Source: an uncultured delta proteobacterium
Lineage (GTDB): Bacteria; Desulfobacterota; WTBG01; CAIYCZ01; CAIRTM01
Reading direction: 5' to 3'
Length of the DNA stretch: 64,000 nucleotides
NCBI GenBank assembly: GCA_963718965.1
Contig: CAVRBJ010000010.1
Coordinates: 1,540 to 65,539 of the forward strand
Shown here piece by piece: positions 21,132 through 31,902 of this stretch; the first letter of the stretch is position 1; each line of letters opens with the position of its first letter. The notes under the pieces were generated by a model. That model was not told the origin of the DNA, did not search any database, and saw only the letters and a list, made by a program, of their open reading frames with translations. Made by a program: the position numbers and the translations under genes.

Positions 21132-21503
21132 ATGTCAGCTAAAATACTCGTAGTGGACGACGAGGAAAACATCCGTTTCCTGTATGAACAGGAACTGCTT
21201 GATGAAGGCTATCAGATAATTCTGGCCCGCGATGGCAAAGAATGTCTGGATATGGTAAAGCAGCATGCTCCTGACCTTATTATTCTCGATATCCGTATGC
21301 CGCGCATGGACGGCCTTGAAGCAATTGGCAAGATTATTGAAATCAATAAAGATATTCCCATTATTATCAATTCAGCATATTCCACGTACAAGGATGATTT
21401 TATGAGCTGGGCTGCCGACGCCTATGTGGTTAAGTCCTACGACCTTGATTCTCTCAAGTCTGCCATCCGGGAAGTGCTGGAAAAGAAAAAGCATAAAAAA
21501 TGA
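21132..21503 (+). CDS. single-domain response regulator (CheY-like receiver)
   Basis: 123 aa with VVDDEE, the phospho-acceptor context LIILDIRMPRMDG, and the conserved K in YVVKS. Its stop overlaps the glgC start as ATGA at 21500-21503. Confidence 0.9.
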   Translation: MSAKILVVDDEENIRFLYEQELLDEGYQIILARDGKECLDMVKQHAPDLIILDIRMPRMDGLEAIGKIIEINKDIPIIINSAYSTYKDDFMSWAADAYVVKSYDLDSLKSAIREVLEKKKHKK

Positions 21504-22717
21504 AAAAAATTCTGGCCATGATACTAGCGGGCGGCAAGGGTGAAAGACTGTATCCGCTGACCCGCGATCGCGCAAAACCATCGGTCCCTTTTGGCGGCGC
21601 CTACCGCATCATAGACTTCACCATCAGTAACTGCATCAACTCAGATGTCAGAAAAATCTATATTATGACCCAGTATAAGTCCCTGTCCCTTGATCGTCAT
21701 ATACAGCGTGCATGGAACGCTTTCAATGGCCGCTTTGGCGAATTTGTTTACATCATTCATGCCCAGCAGCGCGTAAATGAAAACTGGTACAAAGGGACAG
21801 CCGACGCCATTTATCAAAATTTCTACACCCTGCAGCAGGAAAAGCCGGATCTTGTTATGGTGCTGTCGGGCGATCATATCTACAAGATGGATTACCGCGA
21901 TATGATTGACTCGCATATTCGAAAGAAAGCCGATCTGACCATAGCAACAATGGAGATGGCTAAGCAGTATTCCAAAGAATTTGGCGTTGTTCAGACGTCC
22001 AAAACGGGCCAGGTAAAAGGTTTTCAGGAAAAGCCAGTTAAGCCGGCAACTGTTCCCGGCAAGCCGGATTCAATACTAAGCAACATGGGCATTTATATTT
22101 TCAACACCGATGTCCTTGTGAAACGTCTTATCGAAAATGCCCGCAAGCCCGACACTCAGCATGATTTCGGCAAAAACGTAATTCCATCCATGCTTAAAAC
22201 AGACCGTATTTTTGCATATTCATTTACGGACGCTCAAAGCCATCAGAGCGGCTACTGGCGCGATGTGGGTACTATTGAGGCCTATTATGAAGCAAATATG
22301 GATCTTTTAGAAGAAAAGCCGCAGTCCAACTTATTCGACAACAAGTGGCCCATTTTTACTTCGGAAAAGCAGGCTGCTCCGGCTAAAGTATGCGGATTTG
22401 AACAGAAAGACGGGCAGCTCTATGGCGTTTTGCTAAATTCAATTATTTCCCGCGGCTGTTTGATCAATCGTGCGCACATTAAGCATTCGATTCTGTCGCC
22501 CAATATTCGTGTGGGGCAATACTCGGTAATTCAGGATTCGATACTGCTTGACAATGTGACGATCGGAGAAAACTGCAAAATCCGGTGTGCTATTATAGAC
22601 AAGGGCGTCAAAATCAGCGATGGTACCGAAATTGGTTATAATCCCAAAAAGGACGCACAAAAAGGAACAATTTCCGATTCCGGTATTGTGGTAATCCCCA
22701 AAAATACTGCTTTCTAA
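21500..22717 (+). CDS. glgC: glucose-1-phosphate adenylyltransferase
   Basis: 405 aa. ILAGGKGERLYPLTRDRAKPSVPFGGAYRIIDFTISNCINS, followed by a left-handed beta-helix C-terminus. Confidence 0.92.
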   Translation: MKKILAMILAGGKGERLYPLTRDRAKPSVPFGGAYRIIDFTISNCINSDVRKIYIMTQYKSLSLDRHIQRAWNAFNGRFGEFVYIIHAQQRVNENWYKGTADAIYQNFYTLQQEKPDLVMVLSGDHIYKMDYRDMIDSHIRKKADLTIATMEMAKQYSKEFGVVQTSKTGQVKGFQEKPVKPATVPGKPDSILSNMGIYIFNTDVLVKRLIENARKPDTQHDFGKNVIPSMLKTDRIFAYSFTDAQSHQSGYWRDVGTIEAYYEANMDLLEEKPQSNLFDNKWPIFTSEKQAAPAKVCGFEQKDGQLYGVLLNSIISRGCLINRAHIKHSILSPNIRVGQYSVIQDSILLDNVTIGENCKIRCAIIDKGVKISDGTEIGYNPKKDAQKGTISDSGIVVIPKNTAF

Positions 22718-22864
22718 TAACAAAACCGATGGGACAGCGCCAGGGTTGCTTCCCGAATCGGCCTGCATTCCTTTAGTCTTCCCGAAGCAGAATGGCCCTT
22801 CCCCTCAAACTTCGCTCTATCGGCCAGCTATATATTGAGCATTTCTCACTCCGCTAACTTTCTC

Positions 22865-24173
22865 TCAGGGTGTGTCTTCTGAAATTTTTTCAACGGTGAG
22901 TTCCATACCCCTGACTGCTGTAATGCGCGCTTGCTCACCTTCCTGTATCAATGTGCTGCTTCTGGCATTCCAGTATTCTCCATGCACGAATACCTTCCCG
23001 TGCGGGTTGATTTCGACAATGACTGCGCATGGTGCCCCGATAAGGCCTTGAAGACCGGTTTGCGTCTTGCGGCGCTGTGCTTTAACGACCAGTCCGACAA
23101 CCATGACAAAAAAGGCCCATATAAGCACAGCCGAAGAGATGATAACGCTCAATGAAATGCGCGGATAGGGTGCTGAGGAGTCAAACAGCATGAGAGAGCC
23201 GAGCACCACGGCGATTAACCCTCCTATTGACAGCAGGCCGTAGCTGGTCACCTTGACCTCTGCTATAAACAGAATAACGCCCAGCAGGATGAGCAGAAGT
23301 CCCGCATAATTAGCAGACAGAGTCTGCAGTGAATAAAAGGCAAGGAGAAGAGAGATGCCGCCAAGCGCTCCGGGCAGTATGGCTCCCGGAGTGGAGAATT
23401 CAAAATAAAGGCCGGCAAGGCCGATCATGAGCAGTATATATGCAATAGTCGGATCGGCAAGCGATTTCAGAACAATTTCCCGCATGCCCATTTTTCGCTC
23501 GATTATCATGCGCGTCTTTTGTTGAAAGTTTGCGCGGGCCGGAAGGTGTTTCAACTGTTCTCCCGTCGATAGCGGCAAGCAATGCGCGCAGGTCAGGTGC
23601 CACAAGGTCAATGATATGCTCTTTAAATGCTTCGGTCTCACTAGCCGAAACACTTTCCCTGACAGCCTTTACTGCCCATGATTTGTTGCGTTTGCGTTTT
23701 TCGGCAATACTTTCAGCATACGCCGCCGAGTCGTTTTCCATTTTTGAGGCCATTTCCTTGTTCTGTTCGCCAATGCCGATAGATACCGGGTGCGCTGCGC
23801 CAATATTAGTGCCGGGCGACATAGCCGCCACATGAGCTGCAAGGGTAATAATGGCGCCTGCGGAGGCGGCACGGGCACCTGACGGCGAAACATACACGAC
23901 AATCGGGACATGAGATGACAGTATTGCTTTCACTATGTCGCGCATTGCAAGATCAAGCCCGCCGGGGGTATCAAGCTGCACGACCAGGCATTCTGCCTGC
24001 GACTTTTCAGCAACTTTTATTTCACGAATAATGTACTCTGCAATGACCGGCGTAATGGCATCGCTTATGGAGATCAAAACGATTTCAGAGCAGAATGCAG
24101 GTGCAGGGGGCCTGGCGCAAAAGCCGCACACAATCAGCAGCCAGAGCAGTAAGGTTGTATATTTGCGGTCCAT
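22865..24173 (-). pseudogene. nfeD: NfeD-family membrane-bound serine protease (ClpP-class N-domain, TM region, NfeD OB domain), frameshift near 23515
   Basis: The N-terminal fragment starts at the ATG at 24173 (MDRKYTTLLLWLLIV, then a ClpP-like domain with SPSGARAASAGA). The C-terminal fragment 22865..23653 has a multi-TM region and the OB fold (GKVFVHGEYWNARS). Confidence 0.85.
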
Positions 24174-24362
24174 AGCAACTCCTTTTACAAACACATTAAA
24201 TGAGATAATGATTATCATCCTAACATGCCTCAGTACAAGTAAAATAGAACGCCTCTGCACGGGACTTTCTCTGCCTGTATGACGGAAAAAACATCTAAAA
24301 ATCGCTTGACTTATAAGCGCAAGTGCCTTAATTATAATAGCTCTTTTGCAGCCAATACCGGT

Positions 24363-24438
<76 letters not shown>

Positions 24439-24554
24439 TTTTTTTTGTCTTCAAACAATCCGGCCCACTATCCAAAAATACTCCACCTATCATTATAGCG
24501 GCTTTTTTTGGAAACAAGGCTGGAAAAACGCAATCAGGCAGGAAGAAACGCCAT

Positions 24555-25856
24555 ATGTCAAATGTTGTCATCATTGGAACCCAGTGGGGTGATGAAGGCA
24601 AAGGCAAGATCGTTGATCTGCTGACCGAGCACGCAGACATCATCGTTCGCTTTCAGGGCGGTCCGAATGCCGGACACACCGTCGTTGTCGGCGACAAAAA
24701 GACCATTCTGCATCAGGTTCCTTCAGGAATACTTCATCAGGGCAAGCAGTGCGTCATCGGCAATGGTGTTGTTCTGGATGCTGAAACACTCATAAATGAG
24801 ATTGATGAAGTAAAAGCGCAGGGTTATTTTTCAAATGATTCCGTGCTGCATATCAGCGAAAACGCTCATCTGATTATGCCCTATCACAAGCTCATTGATG
24901 TTGCCCGTGAGAAACTGAAAGGCGAGGGCAAAATCGGCACTACCGGACGCGGCATAGGGCCTGCCTATGAAGATAAGGTCGGGCGCAACGGCATACGGCT
25001 TGCTGATATTTTCAATGACGATGTATTCCGTGCCAAACTCGAACAGAATCTCAAAGAGAAAAACTTTTATCTGAAAAACTATCTGGGCGAGCCGGAAGTC
25101 AGCGGGGATGAAATTTTTTCGTCTTTCACTGCATTCCGCAGCAGGCTTCGAAACTTTGTCGGCAATGCAGCTCTATTTCTTCACGAAGCACTGGCCTCCC
25201 GCAAAAAGATACTTTTTGAAGGGGCTCAGGGCGCCATGCTCGACGTCGATCACGGAACCTATCCCTTCGTCACGTCATCAAACACAGCTTCGGCCAATGC
25301 CGCCATAGGCAGCGGGGTAGGGCCGCGGCATCTTGATGTAATTGTCGGCATTGTCAAAGCATATACGACGCGCGTTGGATCCGGCCCGTTCCCAACCGAG
25401 CAGGACAATGACCTTGGCCAGAGCCTGCGCGCAAAGGGCGATGAATACGGCGCAACAACGGGCAGGCCTCGACGATGCGGGTGGCTTGATCTTGCAGTGG
25501 TTCAGCATGCAATCCGCATGAACAGCATAACGCATCTACTCATTACCAAGCTTGATGTCCTCAGCGGTTTGAAAACAATCAAGGTCTGCACCGGCTATAC
25601 CTTTGATGGCAAAAATATCCCCGGTTTTCCATCTGACCTTACCGTGCTTGAAAAATGCACGCCTGTCTATGATGAACTTGAAGGATGGGATGATGATTTG
25701 ACGGGAGTTACGAGCTACGAACAGCTTCCTGAAGCTGCAAAGCGCTATATAAGCTATATAGAGCAGAAGACAGGGACGCCCATAAGCATGGTATCTGTGG
25801 GGTACAGGCGTGATCAGATTATTACACTGATCGACCCGTTTTCAGTCAGCAATTGA
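24555..25856 (+). CDS. purA: adenylosuccinate synthase
   Basis: Starts MSNVVIIGTQWGDEGKGKIVDLL. The motifs GPNAGHTV and TTGRGIGPAYEDK are present. The annotated ORF (from 24279) runs upstream through the tRNA-Phe gene, and that extension is spurious. Confidence 0.95.
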   Translation: MSNVVIIGTQWGDEGKGKIVDLLTEHADIIVRFQGGPNAGHTVVVGDKKTILHQVPSGILHQGKQCVIGNGVVLDAETLINEIDEVKAQGYFSNDSVLHISENAHLIMPYHKLIDVAREKLKGEGKIGTTGRGIGPAYEDKVGRNGIRLADIFNDDVFRAKLEQNLKEKNFYLKNYLGEPEVSGDEIFSSFTAFRSRLRNFVGNAALFLHEALASRKKILFEGAQGAMLDVDHGTYPFVTSSNTASANAAIGSGVGPRHLDVIVGIVKAYTTRVGSGPFPTEQDNDLGQSLRAKGDEYGATTGRPRRCGWLDLAVVQHAIRMNSITHLLITKLDVLSGLKTIKVCTGYTFDGKNIPGFPSDLTVLEKCTPVYDELEGWDDDLTGVTSYEQLPEAAKRYISYIEQKTGTPISMVSVGYRRDQIITLIDPFSVSN

Positions 25857-25913
25857 TTTTACAATTGTAAAACAGCTCCCTTTTTGTTATAGTAAAAATT
25901 AAGAATTTATAAT

Positions 25914-25986
25914 GAGTCGCTAGCTCAGTTGGTAGAGCACCGGACTTTTAATCCGTAGGTCCCGGGTCCGAGCCCCGGGCGACTCA
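25914..25986 (+). tRNA. tRNA-Lys (anticodon TTT)
   Basis: Acceptor GAGTCGC/GCGACTC, D-arm GCTC-AGTTGGT-AGAGC, anticodon arm CCGGA-CTTTTAA-TCCGT (last pair is an A/G mismatch), T-arm CCGGG-TCCGAGC-CCCGG, discriminator A. No CCA is encoded. Confidence 0.92.
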
Positions 25987-25996
25987 TCAGGTAAAA

Positions 25997-26030
25997 GAAA
26001 GGGTTACAGTTTTCAGCTGTAACCCTTTTC
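25997..26030. terminator. hairpin terminator between the convergent tRNA-Lys and cytochrome genes, probably bidirectional
   Basis: GGGTTACAG (26001-26009) pairs with CTGTAACCC (26017-26025), extended by GAAA/TTTC pairing. T-rich tracts flank it on both strands. Confidence 0.7.
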
Positions 26031-26097
26031 TTCTCCTGCAGCATTTTGCCTTCGCCTGCACATATTAGCTGCAGTCATGTGCGCCTCAAGCAGTATA

Positions 26098-28432
26098 CTA
26101 ATCAAGCTTCTGCATACTATCCATGAATCCCACGCGCGTCTGTTCTGGAAGGTTTTTATTTTCTAAAGCCTTCCTGTAGACGCCTCGAGCTTCTTTTATC
26201 TTGTTTTGTTTTACAAATATTTCAGCAAGCAATACATATGTTTCGGGATGAGAGACATTTTTATCAACCATTTTTTTCAGCACTGCAACAGCCAGATCGG
26301 TTTTACCGCTACGATTCAGATAATAGGCATAGGTATAGGCATATTTAGGATCATCGGGTTCGATCTCATGTGCCTTGCGACACCACTCTAGAGAATTTTT
26401 TGTTTTTTCGGCGGCAAACATGACTGCAAGATTGAAATAAGCAGCTGCATTTGCCGGGTTATGCTTGATGGCTGTACGAAATGCAGCCTCAGCTTCAACA
26501 GTACGTTTTTGCTCAACAAGCAGCATGCCAAGCGTCACATGGGCCTGCGCATTGTCAGGAGCAACCTTGAGAGCTTTACGGAGGGTTTTTTCAGCATCCG
26601 GCTGCTGTCCGAGATAATAATACGCCATAGCGCTGTTTATCAATGCCTGCGTGTTATCTGGCTGGAGTTTGAGGGAATACTCATACATTGCAAGAGCCCG
26701 TTTAACATCGTGACGCTCAAGGTAGAGATTGCCGAGATTAAAATAAGACTGTGCATCATCAGGCCTCGCTGAGAGCATGTCGATTAATTCTAAAAAAGCT
26801 TTTTCAAACCGTGGCCGGTATTCAGGCAGAAGGCTTTGTGAAGACAGGACAGCAAGAATACTCACTGCGCGGACACGCACAAGTGCATACTTGTCAGTCA
26901 TTGCATTGAAGAGGACTGCGGCCGTTTCCCCCATAGGTGAACCAATGAGTGATCCTGCTGCTGCGGAACGCACGAGTGGAGAGGGGTCATTTTTGAGGCT
27001 GTTAATAAATACCGGCCATTTGCGTGTATCTTTACAGTCGCGAAGCAGGCGAATGAGTGAAGCTGCGGCAATTTCTTCCCGTTTCGGGTTTTCGATAAAA
27101 GAAAGCATCTCCGGCAGACGGGACCAGTCGCTGCTGCGCGCGGCACGTATGAGCATCGCAGATTTGAGATACGGCGCCTGATAGTCATTTTTATACCATT
27201 TGCGGACATGCGTGTCGGCCCAGGCACTATCTTTTTTCCCGTGGCAGAGCGTACATGCATTTGAAGATTTGAAGGTCTGCGTAAGAGCAGGCATAGGCGG
27301 CCGCATGGAATGGTCCGTTTGCTCAATGCCTCGTAGTTCAATCATGGGCATATGACAGGAAGTGCATACGCTTCCAGGGCTTTTTGCTTTGTGATGCGTG
27401 TGCTCGGCTGCATGTTCTACACGGTCTTTATGGCAGGGCAGACATGAATCATTTGCCACAAGCGGCTCTGTGAAGCGATACGATCCTCCGCCGGTATGAC
27501 AGTGCAGGCACTGCAGCTGCCCTGCCTGAACGCAGGGACTCATTCTAAACTGGGTGAAAACATGATTGTTGGCGAAACTTCTACCGTCGGGAAAGAATGC
27601 CGGGTTCTCAAGTCCTCTGAGGTCAAAAAAATCAAAGAACGGCTTGCCGGCAGGGTATCCTGCCGTGAGTGGAATTGAGGAGGCATGGCATGATGCGCAG
27701 ATGGCATTAACTTGATCAGGTGATGCATTTTTGAAAGATGCTAATTTTCAGATCATCAGGTGTTTGCCCTGCAGATGCTGCGCGGCATATCCGAACATGT
27801 TCATCTACCGGCCCATGGCAGGAATGACAGGAAATGCCGTGTTCGTCGCCAAGGGGCTGGTAGGTATCAGTATGAATTGAATAATATGCAGCCGGGCTGT
27901 TGATGTGGCACGCGAAACAGCTTGTGTTGAAAAGGTTGGAGCGGCTTTTCCAGTTAGACTGACCAGATGCCTGCGGCATACCGTGAGGGAGCGATCCTGC
28001 CGAATTGTCAAACCATTTTTTTTGACCAATATTATAGGCGAGCGGCAGAATCTGCATCCGCCCTTTTTCAAGCGGGGTCAAAAATATCAGCATGTTCTTA
28101 CCGCCAAGCATGAATGATATTTTGTAATGAGACTGACTGCTATCGCTTCTTTCCTCAATCCAGCCGTCCTGTTCATTTGAATTAAACCTGTAGAGGAAAG
28201 AACCTATTGCAATATCTTCGACCTGATGGGTCAGCATGCTCGCTGCAAGTTCGGGACTATAGGGCATAAGGGATTTGCCGTGACGAGTGGACTCCCATGC
28301 CTGGCAGTACGCTGGATGGCATTCCATGCAAGCTGTTACCGATGAAAAAGCAGCAGCCGGTACGCGCAGGGCTATCAGGAGAACTATGCAGGCGATAATA
28401 AATTGAGCAAATCTGCAGGTATTATTTTGCAT
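26098..28432 (-). pseudogene. multihaem c-type cytochrome (8 CxxCH) fused to HEAT-like and TPR repeats, single frameshift near 27725
   Basis: The N-terminal fragment starts at the ATG at 28432 (signal/anchor MQNNTCRFAQFIIACIVLLIAL; CMECH, CFACH, CHSCH). The frame then changes and continues through CASCH, CLHCH, CLPCH, CTSCH and CTLCH. HEAT-like repeats follow (DPSPLVRSAAAGSL, YALVRVRAV), then about 6 TPR repeats to the stop at 26098. Confidence 0.85.
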
Positions 28433-28557
28433 GGCGATCCTTTCATTATGAAAACGGGCATGTGGTGTGTGGTGGGATATACTATGCCGATTTCTAAATG
28501 ACAAGTTGAAACGCAAAAAAGCCGGCCCAAACCGCACCGGCTCTCCAGATAACTTTG

Positions 28558-28635
28558 TGGTCGGGAAGGCGGGATTCGAACCCGCGGCCTCATGCTCCCG
28601 AAGCATGCGCGCTAACCAGGCTGCGCTACTCCCCG
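28558..28635 (-). tRNA. tRNA-Pro (anticodon CGG), CCA encoded
   Basis: The reverse complement reads CGGGGAG-TA-GCGC-AGCCTGGTTA-GCGC-G-CATGC-TTCGGGA-GCATG-AGGCC-GCGGG-TTCGAAT-CCCGC-CTTCCCG-A-CCA. Confidence 0.9.
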
Positions 28636-28794
28636 TTGTGAATAAATATTAATATTATTACACTATTGCGCTGTTATTGTCCAGTAAAAACAGGCCTTTT
28701 GACTATAATTGCCTGTTCGTCCCGGTAAAGGGTTGAGTCTCTATCAGTTTCATTATCATGCCAAAATGCGAGGTAGCAGAAGTACTCATGCTGC

Positions 28795-29736
28795 TTAGAG
28801 CCCCAGTTTATTTTTAAAATACGCAAAGGTTGCCTTAAAGCCTTCTTCAAACCCGACTTTCGGCTCCCAGCCCAGTAATTTTTGGGCTTTGGCGATGTCT
28901 GGCTGGCGAACTTTCGGGTCATCTTGCGGCAGAGGCATATGGCGTATAGTGAGATTAGTACCGGCAATCTTTTGAACTTCCTGCGCAAACTCGAGTACAG
29001 TCATTTCATGGGGATTACCGATATTGACCGGCTCATGCTCATTGTCCGACATGAGAAGCCGGTATATGCCATCGACAAGATCGGAGACAAAACAAAAGCT
29101 GCGTGTCTGCTGACCATCGCCAAATATGGTTAAATCTTCTTTCCGCAATGCCTGCGACATGAAGGCAGGAACGACACGGCCGTCATGTAAACGCATCCGA
29201 GGACCATAGGTATTAAAAATGCGCACAATTTTTGTGTCTACACCGTGATAGCGATGATAGGCCATGGTCATGGCCTCTGCAAAGCGTTTAGCCTCATCAT
29301 AGACACCGCGAGGGCCAATGGGATTGACATTGCCGAAGTAGGTCTCAGGCTGCGGGTGAATAAGCGGGTCGCCATAGCACTCCGATGTTGATGCGAGGAG
29401 AAAACGGGATTTTTTGGCCTTTGCCAAACCCAATGCTTTATGCGTTCCAAGGGAGCCGACCTTAAGCGTTTGAATAGGCAGCTGGAGATAGTCTATGGGG
29501 CTGGCAGGAGAGGCAAAGTGCAGTATATTGTCAACACGGCCTGCAACGTAAATATATTCAGTAACATCATGCTTTATGAATTTGAATCGTTCATGTCCAA
29601 TAAGATGGGCAATATTGTCCATATTACCGGTAATAAGGTTATCCATACAGATAACAAAATGCCCTTCCTTGAGCAGCCGGTCTGAGAGGTGGCTTCCAAG
29701 AAAACCGGCGCCTCCGGTAACGAGTGTGTGCAACAT
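28795..29736 (-). CDS. UDP-glucuronate decarboxylase (UDP-xylose synthase-like SDR)
   Basis: 313 aa. [11 protein letters not shown] Rossmann motif, the YDEAKR catalytic YxxxK motif, and high similarity to the UXS/ArnA-decarboxylase type ([17 protein letters not shown]). Confidence 0.85.
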   Translation of the reverse strand: MLHTLVTGGAGFLGSHLSDRLLKEGHFVICMDNLITGNMDNIAHLIGHERFKFIKHDVTEYIYVAGRVDNILHFASPASPIDYLQLPIQTLKVGSLGTHKALGLAKAKKSRFLLASTSECYGDPLIHPQPETYFGNVNPIGPRGVYDEAKRFAEAMTMAYHRYHGVDTKIVRIFNTYGPRMRLHDGRVVPAFMSQALRKEDLTIFGDGQQTRSFCFVSDLVDGIYRLLMSDNEHEPVNIGNPHEMTVLEFAQEVQKIAGTNLTIRHMPLPQDDPKVRQPDIAKAQKLLGWEPKVGFEEGFKATFAYFKNKLGL

Positions 29737-29802
29737 TGCTAAGGCCTTTCTAGAAATTGAATCAAGTTTAGATAAACTATTTGTGGTATTATGACAGGAA
29801 AT

Positions 29803-30821
29803 TTACTGGCGATCAGCATACCAGCGTTTGTAAAAATCCAGGTATTCTCCGGTTTTTATGCGCTGCCACCAGGGCTTATTGTCGAGATACCACGCAATTG
29901 TTTTTTTCATGCCTGAGGTAAAATCATAGTGCTGTGACCAGCCAAGCTCGGAGCTGATTTTCGAGCAGTCTATCGCATAACGGCGGTCATGGCCCGGACG
30001 GTCCTTCACATGCTGAATAAGGGTGTCAGGCTTTGAAAGACACTCAAGAATTGTATGGGTTATTTCCGTATTTGTTTTTTCGCAATTCCCGCCGATATTG
30101 TAGACTTCACCAATCCGTCCATTATGCAGCACACAATCGATTCCCGAGCAGTGGTCCTCAACATAAATCCAGTCCCGCACATTGAGTCCGTCACCGTAGA
30201 GAGGCAGCGGTTTATCAGCCAGGGCATTAGTGATAAACAAAGGAATCAGTTTTTCAGGAAACTGATAGGGGCCGTAGTTATTGGAACATCGCGTTGTGAG
30301 TACCGGCAGTCCGAAAGTTTCATAATATGCACGCACCAGCAGATCAGCGCCTGCCTTGCTTGCTGAATAAGGGCTGTTTGGAGCAACCGGTGTGGATTCA
30401 GTAAAAAAACCAGTGGGTCCGAGAGAACCATATACTTCATCGGTTGAAATCTGCATATACCGTTCAACCTTATGCCGAAGTGCGGCATCGAGTAGCACCT
30501 GCGTGCCCAGCACATTGGTCTCCAGAAATATACGGGCATTATCAATACTTCTGTCAACATGTGATTCCGCTGCAAAATTGATTATTGCGTCAACACCCTT
30601 TTGCAGTATGCCGTCAATGCATTGAGCGTCCGCGATATGCCCCTGATAAAACTATAGCGGCCTTTACCGATACCGGCCTCAACATCGCTTAAGTTTTCAA
30701 GATTGCCGGCATACGTGAGAATATCCAGATTTATAATTTCATAATCAGCATATTTTTCAAGAATATAGCGTATAAAATTTGAGCCAATAAAACCTGCGCC
30801 ACCAGTAACGAGCAACTTCAT
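29803..30821 (-). pseudogene. rfbB: dTDP-glucose 4,6-dehydratase, single frameshift near 30638
   Basis: N-terminal fragment 30582..30821 ([19 protein letters not shown]). After a 1-nt shift the sequence reads [32 protein letters not shown] and joins fragment 29803..30513 ([21 protein letters not shown]). Confidence 0.9.
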
Positions 30822-31036
30822 GGAAACCTCCTTAAAATCATTTTTTACAGCAATAGAATCTACATAAGAAGTGCGTGCCCAGTCAAGTAATTATTTTAAA
30901 AACCTTGTGAATTTGCCCGTGTTGGAGAAAACCATCAGTCCTGGCAAACAGAGATTATTAAATAGACAGTGTAGGTCAATCATGCTAAAAAAAACTCATC
31001 TAATCAGACAAAGTTGATACGTTTTTCAGAGCGGCT

Positions 31037-31891
31037 ATGAAAAATATTGGGATCATAGCAAAAAAACGGATTGAGGCGCTTGATCTCATTAGGCAAGTTA
31101 TTGATCAATTGGCAGGGCAGGGCTGTGACGTACTCATTGACCGAAACCTCCCGCCTATCGACCAAAGGTGCCACCCTGTTCAGCCGGAATTGATGCCACA
31201 ACTTGTTGATTTAATTATAGTTTTTGGTGGCGATGGAACGCTGCTCAGTGTAGCTCGATTTGATCAAATTGAAAAAGTTCCTGTTCTTGCCGTCAATCTG
31301 GGCAGCCTGGGGTTTCTTACTGAAATTGGAGCAGATGAGTTACCTGTCGTACTTAAGAAAGTTCTTGCGGGCAACTATGCCCTGGATAAACGCATGATGC
31401 TTGAAGTAACGCTCATTAAAAATGGCGTTGAGAGTGCCCAGACTTTTCAGGCCCTTAATGATGTCGTAGTTAATAAAGGCGCGCTCGCGCGCATGATGGA
31501 TCTTGATACATATGTAAATGATCTCTATCTCAACCGCTTCAAGGCCGATGGCCTTATTATCTGTACGCCAACAGGGTCTACGGGGTACTCTCTGTCTGCC
31601 GGTGGGCCTATTGTATATCCATCTCTTAATCTTTTCAGTATTACGCCGATTTGCCCGCATACGTTGACAAATCGCCCCCTGATTATCTCCGATGAAAGCA
31701 TTATCAGGATTGAGCTTATGTCTGAAAGCGAGGATGTTTTTCTCACTGTTGACGGTCAGGTAGGAGTACGCATCGAGCGGCATGACCGGGTCATAGTTCG
31801 TAAATCAGAAAAAACACTTTCTCTTGTAAAAAATCCTTTTCGCAGTTATTTTGAAATACTTAAACAGAAGCTTAAATGGGGAGAACGTTAG
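31037..31891 (+). CDS. nadK: NAD+ kinase
   Basis: 284 aa with GGDGTLL, the NxGxLGFL-type motif VNLGSLGFLT, and TPTGSTGYSLSAGGPIV. Confidence 0.92.
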   Translation: MKNIGIIAKKRIEALDLIRQVIDQLAGQGCDVLIDRNLPPIDQRCHPVQPELMPQLVDLIIVFGGDGTLLSVARFDQIEKVPVLAVNLGSLGFLTEIGADELPVVLKKVLAGNYALDKRMMLEVTLIKNGVESAQTFQALNDVVVNKGALARMMDLDTYVNDLYLNRFKADGLIICTPTGSTGYSLSAGGPIVYPSLNLFSITPICPHTLTNRPLIISDESIIRIELMSESEDVFLTVDGQVGVRIERHDRVIVRKSEKTLSLVKNPFRSYFEILKQKLKWGER

Positions 31892-31902
31892 CGCGGACTA
31901 TT

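Noticed and set aside
25908-25913. A perfect TATAAT immediately upstream of tRNA-Lys, considered as its promoter -10 element.
   Set aside because: It abuts the first nucleotide of the mature tRNA, so transcription would start inside the tRNA. The tRNA is more likely co-transcribed with purA or from a promoter further upstream.
28433-28606. A 5' extension of the cytochrome ORF (27716..28606).
   Set aside because: The extension overlaps the tRNA-Pro gene (28558..28635). The real start is the Met at 28432, which precedes the hydrophobic signal/anchor.
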